Shown in pieces: positions 22,575 through 34,354 of a DNA stretch of 64,000 nucleotides (position 1 is its first letter; the number at the start of each line of letters is the position of its first letter). The notes beneath the pieces are model-generated. The model saw only the letters and a list, made by a program, of their open reading frames with translations, made no database searches and was not told where the DNA came from. Location: positions 1,860,001 through 1,924,000 of the forward strand of contig NC_052171.1 in the NCBI RefSeq assembly GCF_902713615.1, written 5' to 3'. The translations under genes and the position numbers were made by a program. Source of the DNA: Scyliorhinus canicula. Lineage: Eukaryota.

Positions 22575-23540
22575 AACATATAAAATAGAATCATAAATGG
22601 GCCATTCAGCCCCTTGAGCTTGCTATGCCATTTAATAAGATCATGGCTGGTCTGAGTTTGGCCTTAACTCCACTTTCCTGCCTGTCTCCCAAACCCTCCA
22701 TCTTAAGCTCCGGTGGATCTCTGTCGTATGAATCTGAAAGCAAGGCATGACTTCTTCAACTCCAATTTTGTTGTGTTCTACAATCACTTCTCCTTCAACC
22801 CCTCAGTGCCACTTGCACCCCCTTTATATATATATAGGTGCAGTCTATCAAACAATGAGTCTGATAGATTAAACAATTAAAGCCCCAATTCTAACTTAAG
22901 CACTGGGAATATTAACTCTTTCCGAACACTCAGCTCCCCATTGATCAAAAATCTGCATAACTCAACCTTGAATCTATTCAATAACCCAGCCTCCACTGCT
23001 CGTTTGGTGAGAGAATTCCAAATACTAAAGACCCTCTGAGAGAAGAAATTCCTCCTCACCTCTATCTCATTGGGAAGACCCTTCATTTTTAAACTGCTCC
23101 CCTAGATCTAGATGCCTCCCCAAGGGGAAAACTTTTTCTCGGCATTTACCATGTCAAGCCCCCTCAGAAACGTGTGTGTTTTCAATAAGATCACCTCTTG
23201 CTCTTCGAAACTTCACTGGCTGTTGGCTCAACCTGCTGAAGACAACACTTTTATCTGAGGAATCAGCTCAGTGACCCTTCTCTGAACTGCTTCCGATGCA
23301 AGTATAACCCTCCTTAAGCAGACCAAAACTGTGCACAGAACTCAGGGTGGCCTCAACAATGCCCTCTAGACTCGTAGCAAGATATCCCTTCTTTCATACC
23401 CCATCTGCCTTTCAATTAACACCAACAGTCCATTGGCGTTCCAATTTACTTGCATGCTTGCTTATTGTGATTCATGTACCAGGACACCCAGATCCCTCTG
23501 TGATGCAGCATGATGCAGCCTCTCTCTGTTTCAATAATAT
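22575..23540 (-). mobile_element. CR1/HER1-like LINE 3' fragment
   Basis: RRNFFSQRV..IWNSL..RAVEA...F K.EL CR1 C-terminal motif and a CR1-type tail. Confidence 0.75.
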
Positions 23541-24169
23541 TCTGTGTCGAAAATACAACTTTATTGCTAATTATTCACTTTAATATGCTTGCATAAGAAC
23601 TGAATCAAACCGTAGAAATTAAATATCAAACAAATCATAATCGGGTCAAAAACAGGCAAAAAAGCATTCAACATAAAAAGGGTATAGAAATCACGTTGAA
23701 CACAAACAAATAGATAGATGATTCGGGAAGGCAGGAATTCAGGAACAAGACCTCCGCCACGAGGTTTTACTTTTGAGGGAATCCTCATCTCTGGTCTAAT
23801 CCCTCATTTACTCCCATTGGTTTCTGATTCTCAGCTGAGACCTCCTGATTTGTTCAAATAGATGTCTGTTACTCAGAGGATGATTTATTGATCAAACATT
23901 GGTCATTCCTTAAGATTGACTGGTGCCCATCAAAGGTAGTTCAGCGTCTATGTGCACAGTCTCATGAAAATAGGTTTCTCACGCCGCCGCTGGCCATAGA
24001 CCTTGCTGTAACTTAATACATTCTTATTGCTAATTGATTGCTTATATGAAACATTCACTGAAACAATGTCCATATTTTCACCATCAAGACACTAGAGTTC
24101 AATAGGCAATTCATTATCTAAAACAATGACTGTATTCTCACAGTCAAGACATTTTTAACAATTTCACTC

Positions 24170-26030
24170 TTTAGCTATGCATTCAATTCGCACCTAAAAC
24201 CATGACTAAATGAATAATCTGTCATTACCTGCCTCACTGCAGGGTGCGGACCCTGGTTTGGCAGTAACAGTGGGTCTAACCTTTGGAATGGAGGATGATG
24301 ACAACCCAATGACCCCTGGTGCTTCGTATTGTTTGACAAGGTCTGACTCCTGCCCATGGGAGCACTGTCCACCTGGTGATCCCTACATACGGGGTGGCCA
24401 TTCCATCAAATCTTTGGGATGGCGGTAGTGGGGACAGTTGTTGAGGATGGGACACTGGATCAGGGAGCACTGGGTGAACTGTGGTTTCCCCCCACCCAAC
24501 GTTCATACAACCACCCTCCCTCCCCACCTCTCACACCCTTCTGACAGAGCACCGAGGCAGGTTGTAACATTGTCCACAGGGCTTTAATGTGAATAAATAT
24601 AAGCAGGTTTGTGCCCTAGACCCTATCACTATACCCTGTCCTGCACCCATGCCAACTTAACTGGTGTCTACTTTTCAGTCCTTACTGGCCCTAATGCTAC
24701 ACCGAGATGGATCCTTAGACAGTACATCAGGAGTGGTGGCACATCGCTGCGTTTCCCGCCCTGTAACCTGGGTCCCCCTTGGCAGACGTCTTTTGGAGTG
24801 ACCGGGCCTGGCTGCTCTCGGGGTCCCAGTTGGCGTGGTGATGCCCTTCCTACTTGCTGCCAATGTGATCAGTCAAGGTCCGGGAGGGAGCGAGTCTGAG
24901 ATGCTGCGGTGTTCCAGCACCTCCCCTGCGGAGTGTCCGGCACGTGCCCCATCACCTCCTCCTCCCTCGGGTGCCTGGTGACCCCTGGGTAACTCCATTG
25001 GCCAGAAGTGCATGCGGAGCTAACCCCTGAGGCTCCCCCCCGCAATCTAGCGCTTCCAGTCCTGGAGGCCTGCAGCTATCTCGACCAGGGTCTGCATGTT
25101 CACGGCCATGCGACTGCGCCACATCACACTGCAACTGTGCACCACCTTCTGGGTCTGTGCCATGTCGGCCAGCACATGGTCAGTGCCGCGGATGCTCCCA
25201 GCCATGGCCCGCTGTGACTGGGCCATGCTCAGAAGCAGCGCTCCAATGTCCAGGTGACTCTAGCACATGGCTGCCTGTGATCAGGCAACTAGTCCTGGCC
25301 CTTGGCCACCGCCTGTGCAGATTGCCCCTCGCCTTGGACATCTTGACCCGTGACCAAAACTTTGCCCACCCCAAGGCCTCAATCGCAGACCCCACCCGTG
25401 CGGTGTTGGCCTAGATGACATGCATAGTTGGACTCCTCTAACTGCACCTGTAGGTGCTGGATGCTCGCTGACAACCTCTCATATAGTCCGCTGTTCGGCA
25501 ACTTCATCTCCACAATCGATGGGACCGTCCATTCCAGAAGACTGAAACCCGACTGGATGGCAGCTAGTGGCTGGGGGTCCGCCCCCTCGAGGGTTTGAAC
25601 CTCCACCTGCTCTACCGGAGAATGTGTGTGGTGTCCCAGGAGCCTCTTCACTAAATTGCCCAGCCCAGGTGAGTATCTCTGGGATAGTGGAGGGTGGTGG
25701 AGACAGCTGTGACGGGAAGTCAGTGTCACCCCTGGACTCGACCTTCGGGGTGTCTCGGGATGTTGCCCGATGGCTTCCGTCTGTCTGTGGCTGGATGGTT
25801 TCAGTGGCCATAGCACCCCACCACGATGGCCGGTATGGATGCTGACACGTGGCACGGGGGGGGGTTCAGCTGCCTTCATGTTGGGGCAGTGGCCTCGGTG
25901 TATGGGACAGGGGTCTGTGTGAGGGGCACGTTGCTGACTCCTCACTCTAGCCGCTCTGAGGAGGTGGTGCAGCTTTTCCGGTGGCCGGTCCGGATCAGAG
26001 GTTGACCACCTCTGCCACCTACGGCCAGTC
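24170..26030. mobile_element. Degenerate Harbinger-like transposon fragment (Myb/SANT-associated gene on -)
   Basis: Translated segments resemble the Myb/SANT gene remnant at 9.0-12.3 kb (for example EQVEVQT...ELQ). Confidence 0.55.
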
Positions 26031-28241
26031 TTTCATCCTCAGTGTGTTGGATGCCCAGCGGAAAGCGAGCGGTAATGGTGGCAGCTAGCGGCCTCCTTCC
26101 TGTTTTATTCTGTTAAAGGCCCCTGGTGTGAATGAATCAATGCCCCTCGCTTTCCCCTGTGCCTCCAACACACTGAGGATGAAACATCGGCACATGCCTG
26201 TCAGCCGCACTGTTGCCCGTGTAACCAGGTCCTTTGATTGACCTTTATTTCACTGATGTTGACCTGGCTCCACGATATATTCCTTTTGTTCAAGCATCAG
26301 GATTCCTGTATCCCACCAGCAAGTCTGGAAGCTCCAACAGCTGCGAGATATACCAACACCAAGCACATAGTATTTGCTGCAGCAAACCTGATCGACGTAT
26401 CTCAATTCAACTGAAGCTCAACGCGTGCCTGGTAAAAGTAGCGACTCAGAGTGGCTCGGGACTTGACGGGTGAGCTCAGGATGTTCTGGTTAGAACCTGC
26501 ACCTACAACTCCCCAGCTGAATGATTTTAATCCAAACAGAGGGATTGGCGGGGTTACACTTTCACATGTTAAGGAGCTGCACGTGGACAGGACAGCATTA
26601 GATTAGATAGATTCAGAGCACAGGCAGGCTGGGCTGAATGGCTCACTTGTGGTGCAGTGGCATCACTTAACTGCTGTTGAGAAGCTGAATATTGCCAATC
26701 AAACTCCACCATTGCTACTTGCCAGTGTCAATATGTGCATTTCCATGAACAATGCATGCTTGATGGCAGACTGCACTGGGATAGTGTCATCCCTTTTGCA
26801 TGAGAGATTAAACCAAGTTTGCTCTCTTATATAGACATGGAAGGTCCCAACACATTACAAAAATCCTAAAGTAAACAGTGCAAATAATTAGACTAAAGAT
26901 TCAAAAAAAGTGTTTTTTTGATGTGTTGGTTTTTGGATTTACAGATAAAGGATCATTATCACATTACTGTTTGTGGGATTTGGCGATGTGAAAATTAGCT
27001 GCCATGTTCCCTCCATTTTGAAAGTAGTCCATGGGTTGTAAATTGCTTGTGACGACCTGAGGTCCTATATAAATGGACACCTTTCCCCACTGGGTTTTGT
27101 TTCCTTACCCAGCTGCCGGGGGCTGGTGCCTCCACTTACGCAGTGTATTCCTGTGCTGTGGATATGATCAATACCTAGTGCTGGCACCGAGAGGCTTGAA
27201 GGTAAAATCTCGGCTGTGAATGCGCTGCAGGGGAAGTGTTACATTGGGGGTCACCGTCCTTCAAATGAGACGTTGCCCAACGCATCATCTCAGGTAAATG
27301 TCAAAGATTAAAATGCATTATTCAAAGGAGGCTCATCTTAGCATTCATACTGGGAACAGCCAACTCAGCTGAACCTGAGATTTGTCTGGCCTGTGATTCA
27401 ACTATTGGATGGACAAAGTCACCAGGCGTCTGGGTAATCCCAAGATCAAATGTAGAGATGGAATGAAATAGCAGCTGGGAACAGATCCACTCGCGTATTG
27501 GGACTCAAAACACAAGGTGGACTTAAATTGGCCACTGCCAGCAGCAGATGCTTGATGTGACTCAGCGGCCAACTTTCATTTCCTTTGTAATTCATTTGTG
27601 GAATGTGGGTGTCGCTGGTTGGGCCTGGATTTATTGCCCATCCCTAACAGCCCGAATTACCCTTCAAGCGATAGTTAAGAGTCAACCACATTGCTGTGGG
27701 TCTGGAGTCACTTGTAGGCCAGGTAAGAGTGGTCGATTTCCTTCCCTAAAGGGGATCAGTGAACCAGATTATTTTTTAACAACAGTCAACAATGGTTTGA
27801 TTCCAGATTGTTGTTGAATTCAAATTTCCCCATCTGCCATGGTGGGATTGGAACCCAGAAGATTACCCTGCATCTCTGGATTATTAGTCATGTGAAAATA
27901 TCACTGCCTTCCCACTGGTGTCTGCAGAATGACAGTCAAACCTATTTTGGATACTCCTTTCCCAGTCTCATCTCCACCATATTTTCCAAGTCAATGAAGA
28001 ACAAAAGCTGGAGTGGTGGAAAATCGGCCGCAAGATGATTTTGCGCTGCGGGCCTGGTGGAGGCCAGTTTCACCCCCAAGTTCCTTTAGCTGTTCAAGGA
28101 ACTTGAAACCAGTTAGCTTGGCATCAGATGGTGGAACCTTGACTCAGAGGCTTCGACAGAAAAATATCTAAAACCCGAAAATGCAACCCAGAGAGGTCGG
28201 GACGGACCCCAAAAGGGAAGGCCATGCTTGACTGACCAATC

Positions 28242-28334
28242 TTTTTTTTTGAGAAGGCGAAATGTTGTGTTATGCTCGTGTAAAATACGCAACGCTTCAC
28301 AAATTTGTATGTCATCCTTGCGCAGGGGCCATGC

Positions 28335-28372
<38 letters not shown>

Positions 28373-28375
28373 AAC
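28242..28375 (-). pseudogene. U6 snRNA retrocopy (chimeric, poly-A tailed)
   Basis: GTTCTTGCTTCGGCAGCACATATACTAAAATTGGAACGAT...AGCATGGCCCCTGCGCAAGGATGACA...GTGAAGCGTT...TATTTT. TSD TTGACTGACCAATCTT at 28228-28243 and 28376-28391. Confidence 0.93.
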
Positions 28376-28772
28376 TTGACTGACCAATCTTATTGAACTT
28401 CTTTTGAAGAAGTAACAGGCTGAAAGCACAAGGGCATCGCAATTGATGCAATACATTTGGATTTTCAAAAGGACTTGGGTAAGGTCCCATATTATAGGAT
28501 CGTGACTGAGGCCATAGCACGTGGAACGGCAAAACAAATAGAAAGGTGGCTGCAAGACACAGAGTAGGGCCCAAGGAGATAATAATAATCTTTATTATTG
28601 TCATAAGTCGGCTTACATTAACAATGCAATGAAGTTACCGTGAAAAGCCCCAAGATGCCACATTCCGGTACACAGAGGGAGAATTCGGAATATTCAAATG
28701 ACCTAACAGCACGCCTTTCGTGACTCGTGGGAGGAAACCGGAGCATCCGGAGGAAACCCACGCAGACACAGT

Positions 28773-29149
28773 TGTGTTGTTCCTCGTGTCTTAATAAAGC
28801 TCGTAGTCTCAAATGTGGAGAAGATGCTTTATTGTGAATTTGTTCTCTCTTCAGAGCTTTACCTACGGCTACCTCAAATGCTACTGTGTCCTGCTACCAG
28901 TTCTGCCTTCCGTGAAGTGTGTTCTCACTTCCTGTCCCGGTCTATTTATATGGCTCTCCCGTGCTCCCTCTAGTGTTTGCTCAGTTGTATTGCACTAGTT
29001 AACTTGTGATCACCACATCCCCCTTTTTCTCTTTACATATTTTCTGTACATCGTTAAAGAAAATTGTACATCCTGTCCCGGTGTATTCATAGCTCTCCCT
29101 CTAGTGTTTGCTCAATTGTATTGTATCTAGTTAACTTGTGATCACCACA
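28773..29149 (-). mobile_element. LTR retrotransposon remnant (complete 245-bp 3' LTR 28773-29017, polypurine tract, 5' LTR stub) inside a SINE
   Basis: TG...CA ends; PPT AAAGAGAAAAAGGGGGA next to the LTR; 5-bp TSD ACAGT at 28768-28772 and 29150-29154; LTR 5' end repeated at ~29070-29149. Confidence 0.8.
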
Positions 29150-31069
29150 ACAGTGAGAACGTGCAGACTCAACACAGACAGTGAGCCAAGCTGGGAATCG
29201 AACCTGGGAACCTGGAGCTGTGAAGCAACAGTGCTATTCACTGTGCTACCCTGCTGTCCTTGGGGAACTACTCAGACTGGCAAACGGTGGTAAACAGTGT
29301 TCCACAGGCATTAGTAATGGGAATGATTGCTTAACATTTCCATAAACAGTTTCAAAGTTTGCGCACAACACCAGTTTGAAGAGTACCATAAATACTGAGT
29401 CATACCAGTCAAATCCAAGGAGACATTGATAAACTTGCAAAGTGCACATGCAATTGACAAATCAGTTTCAATGCACATAAGTTTGAGATGTTGCATTTTG
29501 GTCGGGAGAAGATGGAGACCACAAACATTTTGGATAATAAAGATCCAAATGATCCGTGGCCCAGTTACATGAACAACTGAAAGTAACAATACCGGTCAGT
29601 AATAATATAAAAGGGCAAACCAAGCACTGGGACTCATTTTTAGGGTAATAGAACTGTCAAGCAATTCAGCAGTCTTTTTAAACTTGGATCACATTTGGAG
29701 TATTGTTGAGCTTGTCACACCATTAAAAATGATATAGAGCGACTGCAGAAAGTGGAAAGAAAAGGGAAGGAAAATTATGATTCCAGAAGCATTGAGTTTT
29801 ATCAGAAAAAGCTGAACAAGCCGAGGACCTTTTCCCTCAGAAAGAGAAGACGGAGGGAGTGATCTAACAGAGCTCTTAAGATCATGAAAGGTTTCATTGG
29901 GGTTAAGCATGAATGTAGAAATGTTTCCAACGTTGTGGGCAGACAAATATAGGGGCCCTAAATATGAGATAGTCACCATCTGGTAAATCAAGAGAAAGTG
30001 ATTTGCTCAAAGAGTGGTTGCAATGTCGACTTTGCTGCCGCTTTGCTTCAAGGAGAAGATGGGTGTGCACGTGAGAATGAAATAAATAGAAGGATCTATT
30101 GAAAGGTCTAGATAAAGCAGAATGAGAGGCAGCCCAAGTGGAGCATAGATGCTGACTGGAACTTGTTTCTTGCTGTAGAATGAACACAACACAATCTGAC
30201 ATCTCACTGCCTTTTGAAGGATAATGATTCCTTGTTGGTGTCTGTCTTGATATCTGTATTGCCATGTTGCATCGTGTCATGCAGCTCTGCGAGCTTGAGA
30301 TTCTTGTCATGAGCAGAACTGTGGTGTGGATTTATTGAAAGGGATGACAATAGAATAAAGGAGTTCCAGGCCAGTGACTATCATCAGCTCATCAGCCCTT
30401 CATGTGAATTTACTCGTTTCTAGCCTCAATCATGGGGAAATCCTGTATATCGCTCTCAGCAGTGTAAAGATTTGCATTCACAGCGTTGTCCTGGGACAAT
30501 ATTGCCTATTAATAAAAGCAAAAGCATTAGCACTTGAGCGACACAACAGAATTATGACTACGCAAATAGCTTATCGCATTGTATAATGTTTTGGTAATAT
30601 TTCCCAGTTCACCAGTTAGGTAAACAACTGCAACGTTTATTTACCTAACCAGTGACCTGGGGAATATCACAATTTTGTTTCAATCCGCTATTTTTAAATA
30701 AACTGATTCATGTCTCCATTAAAGAAACAGACTGATAAATTCTTTGTGAACTGTTCACAGAACAATATTACACACTGCAGTTCCAGGATTGCAGTCTGTG
30801 AGTTTTCTCCCTCTCAGAAGAAAAATACTTGGATGTATGCAGCACCTTTTGTGACCCCAGGACTTCCCAAAGCTCTTTGTAGCCAATGAAGCACTGTTGA
30901 AGTGTCGTCATTGTTACCATGCAAGAAACGTGACAGTCAGCTTGCACAAAGCAAGGCCTCACAAACTTTAGCAGACTGCCCATGCCCTGATGGTCTGTGA
31001 TTTTGGTTGAGGGATAAATATTTGCCAGGCCATTGGTGATAACTCTCCTGCCCATCTTCGAATTGAACC

Positions 31070-31715
31070 ATGAGACCTTTTAGGTTCGTAGTGCCACACA
31101 GATCTCGAGCGCAGAAAAGGCCGTACGACCCACCACGTTTGTCCCAGTCAAAAACAACCACCTAACTATTCTAATCCCATTTTCCAGCCCTTGGCCCATA
31201 GTCTTGTAATACATCGCAAGTGCATCTAAATACTTATTAAATGTTATGAGGGCCTCTGCCTCGACCACCCTTTCTGGCAGTGAGTTCCAGATGACATCTC
31301 CTCTAAACCTCCTGCCTATATCTTACATCTATGTCCCTGGTCCTTGATCCCGCCACCAAGGGGAATAGTTTCCTCCTGCCTATCTGTACTCCTCATAACT
31401 TTCGACTAGTTAATCACATTCCCCCCTTGGTCTCCTCTGCTCCAAGGAAAACAACCCCAGTCTATCCAATCTCTCTCCATCATTAAAACTCTCCAGCCCA
31501 GACAACATCTTGGTGAATTTGCTCTGCACCCTTTCCAGTGCTATCACATCCCTCCTATCATGTGGATTCCAGAACTGCACTCATTATTCTAGCTGTGGCC
31601 TAACCAAGGTTTTAAGCTCTAAGCCTCAGCTAATAAAGGCAGGTATCCCATATGCCTTCTTAACCACTTTGGCCACCTGCCCCGCTACCTGAAGGGACCC
31701 GGTGACCATGCACAC
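31070..31715 (-). mobile_element. CR1-like LINE 3' fragment
   Basis: Degenerate CR1 ORF2 C-terminus (VEAEALITF.KYLD) and tail. Confidence 0.7.
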
Positions 31716-32659
31716 CAATCTTTATTATTATTATCACAAGTAGGCTTACATTAAGACTTAGTGTTGGGTGGGGTTACTGGGTTATGGGGATAGGGTGGAG
31801 GTGTGGACCTTGGGTAGGATGCTCTTTCCAAGAGACGGTGCAGACTCGATGGGCCGAATGGCCTCTTTCTGCACTGTAAATTCTATGATTAACACTGCAA
31901 TAAAGTTACTGTGAAAATCCCCTAGTCGCCACATTCCGGCGCCTGTTCGGGTACACAGAGGAAGAATTCAGAATGTCCAATTCACCGAACAAGCACGTCT
32001 TTCGGGACTTGTGAGAGGAAACCGGAGCACCCGGAGGAAACCCACACAGACTCGGGGAGAACGTGCAGACTCTGCACAGACAGTGACCCAGAGCCGAGAA
32101 TCGACCCCGGGACCCTGCTAACCACTATGCTACTGTGCCGCACACTGGATAAGATCTTCCTTCCCCTCTCTCAACCATGTGTCAGAGACAGCAATTACAT
32201 CAAACCCCCATGTTTTAATTTGTGCCCTCAACTCACCTGCCTTGTTTGTCAGACTCCTTGCATTAAAATAAATACCATCCAATCTTTGCCAAACTCCCTT
32301 GTGACTTAACTGGCCTATAACTCCTGTGCCTTCCTTTTTTTTGTTTAAATCAGACAGTATTTATTCGCATTCATACAATGTTACAGTTAAACAATCACAC
32401 CATCAACATAAGTTATTCTACAGACTACTACAAGTTGATACGAGACCTTAACTTAACTTCAGAGTGACTAGCAAGTACCAGACAGATATTGGCCTTCATG
32501 AATCCTGCAGTCCTCAATATCCGGTCGTTGGTCTGATCTGTTCCTGGCTCCGCAGGTCTTCTTTCTGTTGTAGGGTGATGGTCTTCCTCATGTCGGTCAG
32601 TGAAGATCACCATTGTTTCATTGCTGCTGTACAGAGAGCCTCCTATGTCTTCCTGACTC

Positions 32660-32970
32660 ACTTGCTGTTACTTCTACTTTTGGCTGTGCATCTTCCCCTG
32701 CTGAACATTCTCTCAGGATGCCCCCCCCCCCCCCTCCCCCCCCAAAACCACCACCACCACCACCAAATTAATTTAAACCCTGCCCATAAACAAGCAAACC
32801 TCCCTGCAAGGACGTTGGTTCCATTTTGGTTCAGGTTCAATACATCTGCCTTGTGCAGGTCCCAACCTCCCCCAAAACGGTCCCAATGTCCCAGAAAACT
32901 AATGCCCCCCCTCATGCACGGCCCCTCCAGCCACGCATTCATCTGGATTAACCTTCTACTCACTACCCTA
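32660..32970 (-). mobile_element. CR1 ORF1 SGNH-esterase domain fragment
   Basis: I.QMNAWLE..C...G..FL.HWD.F....DL.K.D.L.LN..GTNVLAGRF motif. Confidence 0.7.
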
Positions 32971-33356
32971 AAAATGGATGGACTCGAAACCGAAGGAGGG
33001 TGGAAGAAGTTGAACAAGATCATCCCACTTGGATCACCAGCTGAGCTCAGACTGTCAAGCCCACACAATCAGTGGAGATGTGCTGTGCAATTGTGTTCTT
33101 TTGAAAAACTATTTCTTTTTTTTCCTAGTGGCCTGACCATATTATTTGAGTCCCGATGAATAATGAAGCTGGGGATCGACTGGCCAATCCAAGACCAAAG
33201 GAATAAATGGACTGTGAAATTACCCACTGGGTTGATCTTGAATTTCTTCTGAAAGCAGAAACATTTTTGGAACCACACAATAGTGTCAGACCAAACAAGC
33301 ATAGAGATAAGCCTGCCCTCTCTTCTTGGAAACAGAGCCACATGGAAGAAAGTGCC

Positions 33357-33365
33357 TCAATATGC
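33357..33365 (-). CDS. Candidate terminal coding exon of the SLC18A1-like gene (AY-stop)
   Basis: Acceptor ttcttatttccag followed by GCA TAT TGA. The first Ala matches the conserved A of KEEK(M/L)|AIL. No AIL...acidic-cluster exon was found by eye. Confidence 0.4.
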   Translation of the reverse strand, partial: AY

Positions 33366-34220
33366 CTGGAAATAAGAACTTCTTGTCTATTAGCTTTCAG
33401 TGGTTTCATAGTTCAGTGAGATGAGAGCAGAATTCTTAATGGTTTTGGAGCTCACTCACTTACTCACTCACTACTCATTCTTTGCTCATCCTTCATCCCT
33501 ACTCATTCACCCCCTTCCTCAATAATTAATTTGTTCTGACTCAGCTATTTGGTTTTCTCTCTCAGTCAATCAGTTTACCCTTCATTCCTTCGCTCTTTTC
33601 TCCCTCATTAGCCTTTGCACAATGGTAAGCACTTTGCCCTCTGACTTCAAACACCATCCGAAGAACTTGGGCTTACACCCTACTGTACTGCCGGTGATGC
33701 CACCTTTTTGCAAAGGCATTAAATCGAAGATCCACCTGTCCTCTCTGCTTTAAGAAAAAACTCAAGAACTACCCAGTAGGTAATGTCACGGTTCATTTAT
33801 TCCTTCTATCATAGGTTGGCCAGTCCATCCCCAACTCTGTTGTTCACCAGGTCTCAAATAAGGAGCAAATGGATCACGTAGTGCAGTGCTGTTCTCGCCA
33901 GTGTCTGGCCAGTCTTTATTCTCAATCAACCTCACAGAAGCAGAGTAATCTGGTCATTATGACAGTACTGTCTGTGGGAGCTTCCTGTGCACAACTGAAC
34001 TGCCACGTATCCTGTATTACAACAATAACTCCAAGTCTTCATTGCCTGTAAGGTGCTTTAGGATTTCCAGTGGTCGTGAAAAATGAAGTCTTTTTGTTTT
34101 TACTTCCCTTCCCTTTCCTTTCTCCCTCCCTTATTTCAGTTTTGTCCTCCCTCCTTTCTCCCCTTCTTTGCTTCTTGCCCCTCGCTGAAGTAAATTGGCA
34201 TTGTAAAATACCTGTCTTAC

Positions 34221-34354
34221 CATTTTCTCTTCTTTGGCAGGAGGATTTTTTAGGAAGATACAGAGTGGAGCATAGGCAATATTCATGACTCCAATGATGA
34301 ACATTAGCCATGGGAATCCAATTGCTTTGACAATGATTCCTCCCATTGAGGGCC
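34221..34354 (-). CDS. SLC18A1: SLC18A1-like coding exon 14 ([22 protein letters not shown]...NPPAKEEKM)
   Basis: 134 nt, TM12 plus PPAKEEK motif, donor gtaaga. The 14 exons total 1452 nt = 484 codons with no stops. Confidence 0.94.

Noticed and set aside
28282-28375. Functional U6 snRNA gene
   Set aside because: The ACAGAGA box is deleted, and poly-A plus TSD indicate a retrocopy.
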